Assembly (NCBI RefSeq): GCF_006345805.1
Contig: NC_043019.1
Coordinates: 13,701,360 to 13,765,359, forward strand
From: Octopus sinensis
Taxonomy: Eukaryota
DNA: 64,000 nt
Reading direction: 5' to 3'
This document shows positions 40,477-53,570 of this stretch, in pieces; the stretch's first letter is position 1; every line of letters begins with the position of its first letter. The notes under the pieces were generated by a model. It made no database searches, was not told the DNA's origin, and saw nothing but the letters and a program-made list of their open reading frames with translations. Both the position numbers and the translations under genes were made by a program.

Positions 40477-41623
40477 GTATATATTTATGTACGGTGGACT
40501 TCGATGGTGTTTCCGTCTACCAAATTCACCCACCAGTCTTTCGTCGGATCGCAGCTGTAGCAGATGACACATGACCAAAGTGCCACACAGTGTGACTCTT
40601 GCAAAGCGAACTTCTTAACCGCACATTAATACCAAATCGCCATCTTTAAAATAAACTTCAAAGTTTTAGAAAACCCATTCTCATGTATTAGCGCTGTGAA
40701 AATCCTATTAATGTTGTTATACTCGTGTAGGATTCAGAAAATATGGTAAGCATAAATGTTCTGAATAGTTTTTTTCCTTTTATATAATTCTAAATGTTTT
40801 AGTTTAAAATATAACTTATAAAAAAAAAATTACATGCCAAATGTGCTAGGAATTTCATATTTGATCTCCAGCGATTCTAATTAAAAGAAAAATGGATAAG
40901 AACCACATTTTTTCTGTTAATGTTCGAGAATGAATTTCAAAAATGTACAGCAACTCACTCTACAACCGACACATTACTATGGTATTATAGGGGCATTTAT
41001 TTAAATTGTGCTACTGTTTTTTGAAAAAAATTATACTTGTAGCAAAATAATATGCAAATTTTAGTTTGCAAACATAAAAACAATTTCCACCGTAAATAAC
41101 GAAAGCGTAATTTATGTTTAAAAGAAACTATGTATATGTTGATTCCTTATAGTTTGTAATTCATTACAAATTGAAAGAAATTAAAACTTTATAACGAATT
41201 CAAATACATAAATATATATGAAAAAAAAAATTACCAAAAGTTAATAACTAAAAAATTACTTAATTTGCATTTTTAAAAAAACGAGCAAAATGTCACCAAA
41301 CATTATATTAAAAGACATCTCCTCGGAGGCCATAATATTTTAAATGAATTTTAAAACAGCAACTGGAAAATTTTTGCAATTAATATTCTTTATAAACATA
41401 AGACTCTCCAACACATTCTAACAAGTCTTACAATGTAATCAATATTTCGTTTTGTGAAGAGAAGTCAATTTTTTTTTTCATCTCTTCCATTTTTAACAGC
41501 AATTTATTTTTTGCATTTTAGTTCTTTTTAACGCTAGTTTTCTTTGAATTTATATAAAAATACATACACACACACACACACATATATATATATACATATA
41601 TATAGGTATATATATATGTATAT

Positions 41624-41669
<46 letters not shown>

Positions 41670-41701
41670 CTATATATATGTATATATATATGTATGTATA
41701 T

Positions 41702-41761
<60 letters not shown>

Positions 41762-42834
41762 GTGTGTGTGTATGTTTAGATGTAGCACTTAACAGGAGGC
41801 TTCTAATGTGAGGCACATGAAATATAATCACATTCAAATTGCATTGCTTCTTTCGTATTGATCTGAAAGATAAAATAGATAGAGAGATAATTTAACAAAT
41901 ATTTTCATAGCAGCAGATCGGCTTCCATTTTTTTTTTCTTCCGTTTCGTTTGTGCGTGTATGCATGTGTTTGCATCTGTGTGTGTGTGAATGTGTGTGTG
42001 TGAATGTGCGTGTGTGAATGTGTGTGTGTGAATGTGTGTGTGTGAATGTGTGTGTGTGAGTGTGTGTGTGTGAATGTGTGTGTGTGAATGTGTGTTTGTG
42101 TACTGGCTCGGTTTTGAGGTAATATTATGCACATCTGTATTAAAAAGCTGGGGTATGAAGGAAATATAAAGAATATTAAATGTGACGAATATATTATTAG
42201 AAATTCAGGAGAAAAAATAATATCTGTTATTCAAATTTATTCCTAAATGTATCATACAGCATCTAAAAAAAAAGCACTCTCTATTTATAAGTTTGTATTT
42301 TAAACAACTGTCTATTTTATTGGAAATGGCTCAACGCAAAACCACTTAGGTCATCTATCATAAGTCATAAGAATACAGTATACTCCTTCTTATCTGGTAC
42401 TTAAATAAACAAAAATTTGAAGCAACTCAAAGTTAGTAAAAGTAAACAGAAAATATGTGTTAATTAGAATCGAGAATTTGTGCTATTTTGTGTTAATGAA
42501 TTAATTTCATTTAAAGAAAGAATGATCCTACAGTATCGAAAATGGATCGATGCTTCTCAAAGTACAATAGATTGTTTTATTTAACTGTCTTTTATTAAGT
42601 TAATAAAATTTGTTCTTTACTTAAGCAATATTCTTAGTTTTTTTTTGTCTATTTTGTTGTATTTCTACAATATTCAGAATATTAATGATAATCGGTTCGG
42701 CAAAATGAGAGCGACAAAATTAAATACCAGGCTTAAAATTAAAATATTGGTATCGATTCATTCGACTGGAAACCGTGCCCTAGCATGACCGCAGTCCAAT
42801 GACTGATAAGTTACAATATAAAAGTTAAAAATAT

Positions 42835-43262
42835 ATGTGGCTGTAGCTGGGTGGTAAGAAACTTGCTTCCCAACTACATGGTTCAGGGTTAAGTCCCACT
42901 GTGTAACATCCTGGGCAAGTGTCTTTAGCGATAGTCTCGATCCGACCAAAACCTTGTGAGTGGATTTGGTAGACGCAAACTGAAACAAGCCCGTCATATA
43001 TACATATGTGTGTGTGTCTTTGTGTCTGTGTTTCACCCCCCCCATCACCCCCATCACCCCCCCACAGCACCACCACTGCTTCACAACCAGTGTTGGTGTG
43101 TTTAAATTCCCGTAACTTATCGGTTCAATAATAGAGAACGATAGAATAAGTGCCAGACTTTAAAAAAAATAATAAATACTGGGGTCGATACATTTGACTA
43201 AGAATTCTTGAAGGCAGTGCCCCTGCATGGCCGCAGAGTAATGACTGAAATAAGTAAGAGAT
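42835..43262 (+). mobile_element. SINE family A, full length, diverged
   Basis: Head, spacer and tail are all present; a second tail fragment lies at ~42730-42810. Confidence 0.8.
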
Positions 43263-43825
43263 AAAAGATTAACGTTAAGGTGCTATGGTAATTTTTAAAA
43301 ATGATGATCAGATATCCAGAAAATTCAGTTATCCGGCAACTGTCCGGTGTTAGTGGTGCCGGATTTTAGGGAGTTAACTGGAGATGCTCTGGATAAATTA
43401 AGAAATTATCAATGACCATAAGTGGCTAGGCTAATGCTTAACGGAAATATGATTTTTACTTTTAAATTGCACGGGGTGGGGAAAAATCGACAGAGATGCT
43501 TAATAGCTTAATGAACTCGTCAAACATAAGTCATTATCTTCGACAAGTTCATTAGCGTTAAATTATTGAGTGGTGGTCGTGACAGGAAAGCATCGAATTA
43601 AATGCTGTGCAATACGTTCCGAGTTCAGATCAAGTCAACCGTGACTCCAATTTGCGCGAATGCAATATGATAAGCGTCATTAGCATACATGTGCCGATAC
43701 GCTCGACTACGTCCGATACAGTCCGACCGATCTTGATTGGTTGGGTTGCGACAAAATAACTAATAAATTAATGTGTGTTCTCGTCGGAGATGCGGCTAAA
43801 ATACGACAGAAATTGTAAAATTTAT

Positions 43826-44262
43826 AGGCGTAGATGTGTGGTTAAGAAGCTCGTTTTGCAATCAGTGGTTTCGGGTTCAGTTCCACATCGCGGCACCTTG
43901 GGCGAGCGGTTTCTCCTATTGACGCGCGCCGACCTACAACTGAATCGTATCGACGGTAACTGAGTGGAATTCCATCGTATATATATACATATATATATAT
44001 AGGATCGCGGTTTCGATTCCCAGACCGGGCATTGTGAGCGTTTATTGAGAAAAGACACCTAAAAAGCTCCACGAGGCTCCGGCAGGGGGTGGTGGCGATC
44101 CCTGCTGTACTCTTTCGCCACAACTTTCTCTCACTCTTTCTTCTGTTGGCTTGCTCGATTAGCCAGCGGGGTGGCGTCATTTGAAGGCTAAAACAATGCG
44201 AAGTGCATTGTGACCAGCGACGTGCAGCAACATCTGATAGCCTGGTCAGTCACTGTGGTCAC
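43826..44262 (+). mobile_element. Old SINE A head with a 5'-truncated SINE B inserted in its (TA)n spacer
   Basis: The SINE B part (44001-44262) aligns to 38139-38432 from aggatcgcggtttcgattccc onward. Confidence 0.8.
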
Positions 44263-44993
44263 GGTGATATATGCGTGCGTGTGTGTATGTGTGTGTGTGT
44301 GTGTGTGTGTGTATTTGGATCACCATTGCCATTTCCAAATATCACCTGTGAGTTAATAATGGACCCAAAAGGCAGCCATCGACATAAAGCGGGAATGGTC
44401 AGAACCAGCAGAGATGAAAGGAGATGTAAAACAAGGATGTCCGTTATCGCTACAGCTATTTAATATGTATAGCGATTACATATTCAGAGAGAAGCTGATG
44501 TCGTAGCAGAACAAAGTGACAAATAATGCCTAAATATGAATGCATAAGAGACAAAGATAAGAGTTATTAAGAAAAGCAGAACAAAAAGAAGCAAGACCCT
44601 AACCACTAGGCCACGCTCCTTTATCCGATTCTATTTTTTGTAAAAATCGAATTTACATTTCAAAGAGATATTTTAGCAAGTTGCTATTGATTTCTTCTCG
44701 CCAGGCACACGGCCAATATTTGTACACGCTATTGCATCTTATGCAGAATGTGACATATATCCATTTACTAATTTTACCAACCGCTGTGCAATGAAAGTCA
44801 ATAACTCTTTGGATAATATGTAAATATGTGTGGTTAAAGATAAATCCTGGATCGATAATATTATCAACTACATCGATAATATATCTACTATGAACTGATT
44901 GAATTTGGTTTAAAATTTCCCATTAAATGTGTGCAATTCTGTTTGCTTGAGAAATATATTCGAAAATTATTGAAGACTGGAAATTCGGGTGTT

Positions 44994-45701
44994 TTGGGTG
45001 GTGCGCGAAGAAGTAGATTGGGTTCCGTGGGAGTGTTTAAAAATAGGGAAATAAGTTTACCCACACGAGAAAGCACTCGGCCTCCCGTTTATGAAGATGG
45101 AGCACTAGTCAACTGTTTGTTATATTATCCTTACTGCATCCACGCCGCATTAGTTGACTGTAAAATTGCATTGAGGAAACCAAGCCATTTTTACAAAATG
45201 GCGTACTGAATAGCGGAAAGGAAGGAGATTCTGGAAGCGTATGTGAGAACGGGTTCTGGTTAGCAAACACTGGAAATATTTGGAGTCAAGTTTCCGAATA
45301 AAGGCTTACCAGTAAAGAGCACGATAAAAACTGTATGGTTTGCTACGGGGTCAGTGCACAACGCACCAAAACAAAGAGTTCCTACGGTTTGAACGCCAAA
45401 AGTTATTCAGGCCATTTGCCAAAGTATTATTCGAAGCCCAGAGAAATAACGACGTAAATTGACACAGCAGTCTCACATAATTGGTCAAGCCAACGGGTAT
45501 TGAAAATTCTAAAGTTTAAGCCATATCATTTCACATGTACAGCAATTATAAATGGATGACAAGGGCAAACAAGTAAATTATTGCAAATGACTTCTGCGTA
45601 GCCTTGCTAATGGTGAACAACATCCATTCCAACACTTGTAAATTTATTTCTGTATTTACACTATGTTACGGAAGCCGGTCTACTCTTCCCTCGCCACCCT
45701 G
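44994..45701 (+). mobile_element. Decayed, internally deleted Tc1/mariner-superfamily element with an N-terminal HTH (DUF4817-like)
   Basis: Degenerate ~60-70 bp TIRs (gggtggtgcgcgaagaagtagattgggttccg vs the reverse complement of cggaagccggtctactcttccctcgccaccctg). From ATG 45198 it reads ERKEILEAY...FGVKFP....PVKSTI...ATGSV, TPKVI...RSPEK, LKFKPYH. Confidence 0.75.
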
Positions 45702-46379
45702 TATAATATACCAACTAACTCGATGATAAATGTAGCCAAACCTCCTTCAACTAAAAACTTCAGAATATATACTTTCCTTTAAATAGAATTAGAATCTCCG
45801 TGAAGGGCAATCACGCAATGCAGTATGTAGTATTATAAAAACAATATATTCACCATAAACCATAAACCAAAAATCTCTTGTGGATTTCAGACCTACAAAA
45901 ATGAAGGTCAAATTGGAACAGCGAGAACACAATACAAAATTCACATAAAATAAGCACGTCAAGCAAATACATCCATCATCAGCTGCCAAATGGATATCAT
46001 CATGTTTTCGACACGCTGGAGTGGGCCATTCAATCCAACGGTGTCAACGCCGTTAAAGATATAGACGTTGGCTGAGAACCCATATACATGTATGTCTGTA
46101 CCTGTTCCAAATACCAACATCGAATGAAAATAGAAGGCATTTCACACCTTTGACTGCAATTTTATAAGAAAATATTGTCAATATAACAGAATTTACGAGT
46201 AGATTGAATTTGTGTGCCTTCTTAAGGTGCCATTCTTTGGCTTCCAGAATGTAAGAGCGTGATTGCGATAAAACTAATGTCTTTCCAACACAACCGTTCC
46301 TGCAAAAATGTCTTCCTTTTTTGCTTTTGTTTATATTTGCTCTGCATTTCATAAACCGTATTGTGAATGAGAGATGCCA

Positions 46380-46392
46380 ACAATACCCACCA

Positions 46393-46427
<35 letters not shown>

Positions 46428-46488
46428 CATGGGTTTATGTGTATCTATGTACCTATATGATGGGCTTTTGTGTATGTATATGTATATG

Positions 46489-46523
<35 letters not shown>

Positions 46524-46561
46524 GTATATATGTATATATATATATATATATCTACACATAC

Positions 46562-46594
<33 letters not shown>

Positions 46595-46739
46595 TTATAT
46601 ATATATACATACATATATATTCATATATATATATATATATATATACATACATATATATATATACATATATACATACATATATATATAGAGAGAGAGAGAC
46701 TTAGTAATTTTAATATTTCTATTATATATACATATATAT

Positions 46740-46832
<93 letters not shown>

Positions 46833-46860
46833 TATATCATATATATATATGTATGTATGC
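46380..46860. repeat. (TA)n microsatellite field
   Basis: Direct reading. Confidence 0.95.
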
Positions 46861-47302
46861 ATGCACAAAATTATTTTTATCTGAACGGTGTTTATAAAAT
46901 ATTAGACGTATGGTTTCTTTTTCACTAAATGTATTAATGAATCTAAAGAGAAGCAAAGAAAAACATTATAAACTCGTATTTTCCTGATGTATCCTCCTTT
47001 GTTTAACAACGCATATAGATAAATGAATATCATTTTTCTCACGAATGTGGTAAACACAGATGTAATTACTAGAGTTTTGCTTGTTATCCCCCTACTGAAT
47101 GACTGATTAGCTCTATTGACAACCGTAGACTGATTCTGCAAGTTGTATAAATGTTAAGATTTGAGTGCGTCACTATTGCACAGCGAAACTGAAGTATTCT
47201 GTCGCTCGAGTGAATTTTACAGTGATAAGGTCGAGTGTAGAATGAAGCTGAATTTTGAGTTTCTCATTCTGAGTGTGTCTGTATGTGCGTGTGCGTGTGT
47301 CA

Positions 47303-47421
<119 letters not shown>

Positions 47422-47553
47422 ACAAAAATTGAGCAAATGCATTAAGTACGATACGTAGAATGCTATCTTAAACTAATATTGCTTCTGTTGTACATAAGAA
47501 ATACATATGTATATATATATAAACAAGAAAAAAGCAACAAAAATGGATCAGTA

Positions 47554-47643
47554 TTTCGGTACAATTGTTTCATACGAAGACCAGCTTTATTAAGGCTGCA
47601 AATATTGCAGCAAATACAAGTGACCCGTACTCATTAGCCGAAA
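47554..47643 (-). ncRNA. Inverted hammerhead copy with a G5-to-A core mutation
   Basis: Minus strand: TTTCGG-CTAATGA-GTACG...CGTAT-GAAA-CAATTG-TA-CCGAAA, with palindromic stem III ACAATTGT. Confidence 0.6.
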
Positions 47644-47749
47644 ACACATCTGAGTACTCCAAACATCTAAGGGGCGAGGCTACACTCCTGAAACATCAGG
47701 GATAGCTCTATAAAAATCTGATTTAGATGTTTGGAGAACTCAGATGTGT

Positions 47750-47837
47750 TTTCGGCTGATGAGTACGGGTCACTTGTATTGCTGCAATATTTGCAGCCTT
47801 AATAAAGCTGGTTTTCGTATGAAACAATGTACCGAAA
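47750..47837 (+). ncRNA. Type I hammerhead ribozyme candidate with canonical core
   Basis: Stem I TTTCGG/CCGAAA, core CTGATGA (47756-62), extended stem II GTACG...CGTAT with an internal GCTGCA/TGCAGC hairpin, GAAA (47821-24), stem III AC-aat-GT, predicted cleavage after A47831. Confidence 0.7.
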
Positions 47838-47983
47838 TACTGATCCATTTTTGTTGCTTTTTTCTTGTTATAATCACACCCGCATTTCTTATGGTTAATA
47901 CCACATAGATTTCTGGTGCATCTAAGTTAAGTACCGCATTCAAGTAATTCAACAGAACTCACTTGAATCTTAATTGCTTTTAC

Positions 47984-48032
<49 letters not shown>

Positions 48033-48748
48033 TTGTGTGTGTGTGTGTTGTGTGTGTGTGCGTGTGTGTCTGTGTGTCTTTGTTTTATTTCCACAAGAGA
48101 GAACCAGACTTTAAAAAATAGTACCAGACTTTTTTAAAAAGCACATACGTACAGCGGTCGATTTCTTCGGCTAACACCGAAAAGGTGATGCAACGGCTTG
48201 ACTGTAGCCCAAAGACTGAAACATGTAAAAGATTAGACTTAAAATACGTAGAATAGCCGTGAGAGCGTATCAGAAAACGTAAAGCCTGGCTTTTCAGATT
48301 TTTGTGTATTATTCATGAATAAAGGGTGATTGATATACCATTAGCTGCGCTAACTTAACTAAATTTCTAGTGGATTTGTCATATTAAATATTACATTATA
48401 TAAGCCAGCTGTCACCGGATTACTTTCAGCCATTTATTAAAAAAAAACCAAAGAAGAATTGCGTAAATATTAAATGTGTTCTGTATTTTTCGTTCTTAGC
48501 GATATAATTATTGATTTCTAAAATTATTGATTGCTAAAGCTGGTAAAGATGCAGGCATGGCTGTACGGTGCAGAAGTTCGTTTTGCAAAAACCACGTAGT
48601 TTTGGTCTCGGGTTCGGTCCCACAATGCAGCACCTATTATAGCCGCGAATCGACCGATGCCTTGTGAGTGAATTTGGCTAGCGGAAACTGTGTAGGAGCC
48701 CATTGCAAATATATATGTACGTATATGTATATATATATAATACTATAT

Positions 48749-49021
48749 TTGTTCCACGTTCTCGCGTTGTTGTGTTTTTTTGTGCTTTCTTGTTTGGATT
48801 AACTTTTTGATCGTTAGCCCCTACACGCAATTTTTTTCTCTCCTTGTTTCTTTTCTGTGTATCTTTCTGTCGAAGAGCGTAGGCTCGAAACGTAAAAGAC
48901 TTGTTTTATTTCTATTCCTGAGCGCCATACTAATACAATTGTTTGTTTGTACTCCACCTGCCTTCGTCTTTTGTTTATTTTCGTAAACCTGCTTTCGTCC
49001 TTTGTTTATTTTCGTAAACCT
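48749..49021 (+). mobile_element. PLE-like pLTR repeat carrying a variant minimal hammerhead (48862-48899)
   Basis: TCTTT-CTGTCGA-A-GAGC/gtag/GCTC-GAAA-CG-TA-AAAGA; a second copy of the repeat is at 5135-5345(-). Confidence 0.65.
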
Positions 49022-49029
49022 TCCTGTTA

Positions 49030-49076
<47 letters not shown>

Positions 49077-49405
49077 GTATATCTTTATATGTGTGTGTAT
49101 GTGTGTAGGTGGGTGGATGTCATTATGTGTTTGTCGCCTCTACCACCACCTACCTGACAACCGGTGGTGGTTTTGTTTACGTCACTGCAATTGAACATAT
49201 ATCGATGTCTTTGTATTTGTGTCCGTCTTCGCCACTACTTGACAACTAGCGTTGCTTTTTGTCTCTTACGTCACCATAACTTAGTGGTTCGGTAAAAGGA
49301 AACGATGAAGTAAGCACCAAACTTGAAAAATAAGTATCGGGGTCAAGTTTTCAAATAAATCACTTCAAGGGCGTGCTTCAGCATGGCCACAGCCCAAAAG
49401 CTTAA

Positions 49406-49442
<37 letters not shown>

Positions 49443-49499
49443 CATACAGATATATATAAATCAAAATAAGCAACAAGGATATTTAAATGTAGTATGATC

Positions 49500-49543
<44 letters not shown>

Positions 49544-49769
49544 TATATACATACATGAATTTATATATACATAAATTATATATATATATATATACTATAT
49601 ATGTGTGTCTGTGTGTGTGTGTTTGTATGCGTTGTTTCTGTTTGTCTGTCTGTCTGTCTGTCTATCTATGATATTGCTATTGTCATTTAGTGTTAGGTCA
49701 TATTTATCTATACGTAAGGGTAAAATGGAAAATGTTGAAAAGGCTTTCCATACGATCATGTCTCATTAA

Positions 49770-49797
49770 TAGACCACCACCACCACCACCACCACCA

Positions 49798-49831
<34 letters not shown>

Positions 49832-49846
49832 ATACTAATGCTACTG

Positions 49847-49911
<65 letters not shown>

Positions 49912-49933
49912 GACGACGACGACGACTACTACT

Positions 49934-49968
<35 letters not shown>

Positions 49969-50055
49969 TTAGTACTCCTGCTTGTACAAATATTGCTGCT
50001 ACTACTATTACTACCTTTATTACTACTATTACTGCTGCTGCTGCTACTACTACTG

Positions 50056-50088
<33 letters not shown>

Positions 50089-50157
50089 TTAGTACTCCTG
50101 TTTGTACAAATATTGCTATTACTATTACTACCTTTATTACTATTATTGCTGCTGCTG

Positions 50158-50218
<61 letters not shown>

Positions 50219-50293
50219 CGCTGCTGCCGCCGCTTCTACTACTATTCGTAGCCCTGCTTGTACAAATATTGCTACTACTATTACTACCTTTAT

Positions 50294-50335
<42 letters not shown>

Positions 50336-50390
50336 CACTACTACTACAAGTGCCGCTGCAGTTGCCGTTGCTGCTGCTGAGCTGAGATAA
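49770..50390. repeat. (ACT)n-derived triplet repeat with a ~120-160 bp higher-order repeat
   Basis: The motif (ttt)agtactcctgcttgtacaaatattgct recurs at ~49967, 50087 and 50247. Confidence 0.9.
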
Positions 50391-51009
50391 GTAACGACCA
50401 CAAGACTAGCATTTTGGTGACTGACCTGAATATATTATGAGCCGACACTCATATCTAATGCACTTTAAACTCTATTATACTTAACGTTCAATTAAAGTCA
50501 GAAAATAAATCAATTTTTTTTTATTATTTCTATCTATTTTCAGAAAGGTCGCGACCCTTCAAGGGTTTACAGATTTACGGTAGAAACGTGAGACAGACGG
50601 CAATCACCTTCAGAATTTCAAGTAACGGGTCAATAGATAACTACATTATGTTTAAAACGATGGAATCAAAACGTATCGAAGAAGTGCTCTCTGTTAAAGT
50701 ATCATAAGGTCAGTAATGTAAGATATGGCTTTGAGAGTTCCTGATTACAAAGAAATAGGTAAGAAGATATGTTTAAAATAAGATTCAAAATGGCGGTTAG
50801 TTTCAAAATTTTTCTGGGAGATTGGGATGGGTGAGGGACTGAGATAGGAAGAAGAAACACAGGAGTAAATGTGTTGTGGTGCCGAATATCGTTGGTGTTT
50901 GTTCATAGATCTACAGATATGTGTTTGTATGTATCTGTTTGTTTGTGAGTGCGTGTGCGTGTGTGTGTATGTGTATGTGTGTATGTGTGTGTGTGTGTGC
51001 CTTTGTGTG

Positions 51010-51430
51010 CGTGTTTGTTCTCATCCCGTCACCGCTTGACAACTGATGTTGGTGTGTTTACGTCCCCGTAAATGAGCGGTTCGGTAAAAGAGTCCAGCAA
51101 AATAAGTGTTAGGCTTTGGGGTCGATTTCTTCGACTAAATAGCCCTTAAAGGCAGTGCTCCAGCGTAGCCGCAGTCAACTGACTGAAACAAATAAAACAA
51201 TAGAGGAATAGGTACCCCGGCCATTTAAATGAAATAGTTCGTGATTTCGGTACGAGACCAGCAATTTAAAGCTGAGCGGATAAGTGGACACCAGTGATTC
51301 GTCCTCACCAACACCTAGTTTCCCAACCACATGGTTCCAAGTTCAGTCCCACTTAATGACACCTTGAGCAAGTGTCTTCAACTATAGCCTCGGTTCTGAG
51401 TGGATTAGGTAGATGGAAACTTAATGAATC
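51010..51430 (+). mobile_element. SINE A 3' half and a separate SINE A 5' fragment
   Basis: 51010-51200 matches the tail; 51320-51430 matches the head and body. Confidence 0.7.
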
Positions 51431-51525
51431 CTGACATATATAAACAGTAATCCCTTGCCATATCGAGGTTCACCCATTGAGGTTTATTATTTAAGTTTAC
51501 GTCGATTGTAAAATATATACAAATA

Positions 51526-51640
<115 letters not shown>

Positions 51641-51781
51641 TGTGTGTTATTTGTACTGTTTCTCTTTGCAGATTTTCACTTATCGCTGATGTGGAGTGGA
51701 ACGTACACCCGCGATAGCCGAGTAATTGTATTAGTAGCAGTATTAGTACCAGCAGCAGTAATTTTTGTAGTAGTAGTAGAG

Positions 51782-51834
<53 letters not shown>

Positions 51835-52492
51835 TTTTACAAGTTAGTTTGAAAAACAATCGCCGGGGCTCTGTGATCAGCGCTTTAATGCAAAAAAAGA
51901 CGGAAATAAAATCGCAGAAACAAATTGCTAATTGGTTATTTTGTTAGCGGGTACCAAAAATTATATCCGTGATACTAGTTAACTTGGCTAAGGTTGGTCT
52001 GTGCCGTTTATGAATAAGTCTTAATTACGCTAAAATTATAAGAAGACTTACTAAAAAATAGATGGAAAAAACAAAACAAATAATAATAATAATTGCAAGC
52101 GAAACGAAGCGTAATAAGATCGGCGATTAAGACGATGCATTTAAAATGGAATGAAAAAAAAAATGGGAGAACGAGAATAATGGACAATTAATACTTTATT
52201 TTAATTTAAAAGAAAACTTGTCTGACTAATAAGTTGCGATAATCTTAAAAGAAAAAGGGAAAAAAAAATCAAATAGAGAAGAATATATCAATAATTTCTT
52301 TGGCGAGTGATCTTAAAGAATCTGCCCAGAATCAGTCGCAGAATTTGCTCATGCTAAGATCGTTTGGTACTCAAGTCAATTAAAATAGAGTGTTTTATAC
52401 AATTTGCATACTTGTTCGACTATAACCAACTAGATAGAATTTTGGCAAATCATTTGAAATTCCAGTCGTTCGTATTCTATATACTAACGCTG

Positions 52493-52527
<35 letters not shown>

Positions 52528-52572
52528 CATGTCGGTGAGTTGTATGGGAAAACATGTGGAGACCCGCAAGAA

Positions 52573-52731
52573 CGGTGGTTCCCAACCGGGGTCCGTATAC
52601 AAGATAAGGTGTGGAATTTTGAAAGAAGTATCAATAAAACTAGTTTTTAAACATCGAGAGGCTCTGGGGGTCGATCAGAAAAAAATATTAACCAAAAGGG
52701 TCTATAGATAAGAAATGGTTCAGAACCACCG
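52573..52731. mobile_element. hAT-like MITE, 159 bp
   Basis: TIRs cggtggttcccaacc and ggttcagaaccaccg (CAGTGGTT-type); no intact 8-bp TSD is visible. Confidence 0.6.
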
Positions 52732-52759
52732 AGCTAGAGTAACAACCCTACTTCACTTT

Positions 52760-53570
52760 AAAGAAACTGTGTTAGTCCGCGCTAATCAAACTGCATGACA
52801 TCGCATTATACAAACAGGATTACAACACATTAAACAAACCGCGTTACTCTGCTTTAAACAAACCGTGTTACTCCGCACTAATGAAACTATTAATCTGTAT
52901 TAACCAGCAAATAATCCGCTTTAAAGAAATGTATTACTCCGCTTTAAGCAAACAGTGTCATCGCACGATATCGCACTAATCTAACAGTATTATGCTGCAG
53001 TAACAAAACTACAATATTTCACATTAAATAAGGCGGCGAGCTGGCAGAAACTATAGCACACCAGGCGAAATGATTTGCTGTATTTCGTCTGACATTAGGT
53101 TCTGAGTTCAAATTCCGCCGAGGTCGACTTTGCCTTTCATCCTTTCGGAGTCTATTAAATAAGTACAAGTTACGTACTGGGGTCGATATAATGGACTTAA
53201 TCCGTTTGTCAGTCCTTGTTTGTCCCCTCCGTGTGTAGCCCCTTGTGGGTAGTAAACAAATAGGTATTTCGCCTGTCGTTACGTTCTGGGTTCAAATTCC
53301 GCCGAGGTCGACTTTGCCTTTCATCCTTTCGGGGTCGATTAAATAAGTACCATTTACGCACTGTAACTCTGTAACACCGTATTAACCAAATTACCATCCT
53401 ACACGTTAAAGGAACTGTGAACCTCCATTCAAAACACATTATTATTCCGCATTAATCAAACCGTATTACTCGATATTAACCAAACTGTGGTACTACACAT
53501 TCAGCAAACAGTATTATTCCGTTTTAACTAAACTGTGTTTCTATGCATTAACTAAACTGTGTTACTAGAT
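52760..53570. repeat. Degenerate ~24-26 bp minisatellite interrupted by a SINE C dimer
   Basis: Units resembling aaaccgtattactccgcattaatc occur on both sides of 53031-53363. Confidence 0.7.
53031..53363 (+). mobile_element. SINE family C dimer
   Basis: Has the same aaatag|gtatttcg junction (~53263) as the other multimers. Confidence 0.85.

Larger units (their letters stand above)
47522..47869. repeat. Long fold-back inverted repeat (~148-bp arms, 52-bp spacer)
   Basis: Arms 47522-47670 and 47723-47869 differ by about 5 substitutions/indels. Confidence 0.95.

Noticed and set aside
43305-43382. Pogo/Tigger-like MITE end (ccggattttagggagttaactg)
   Set aside because: No matching left TIR found.
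46102-46153. 52-nt minus-strand candidate exon (ttgcag|TCAAAGG...GAACAG|gtacag)
   Set aside because: Splice signals are plausible, but there is no recognisable peptide or compatible neighbouring exon.
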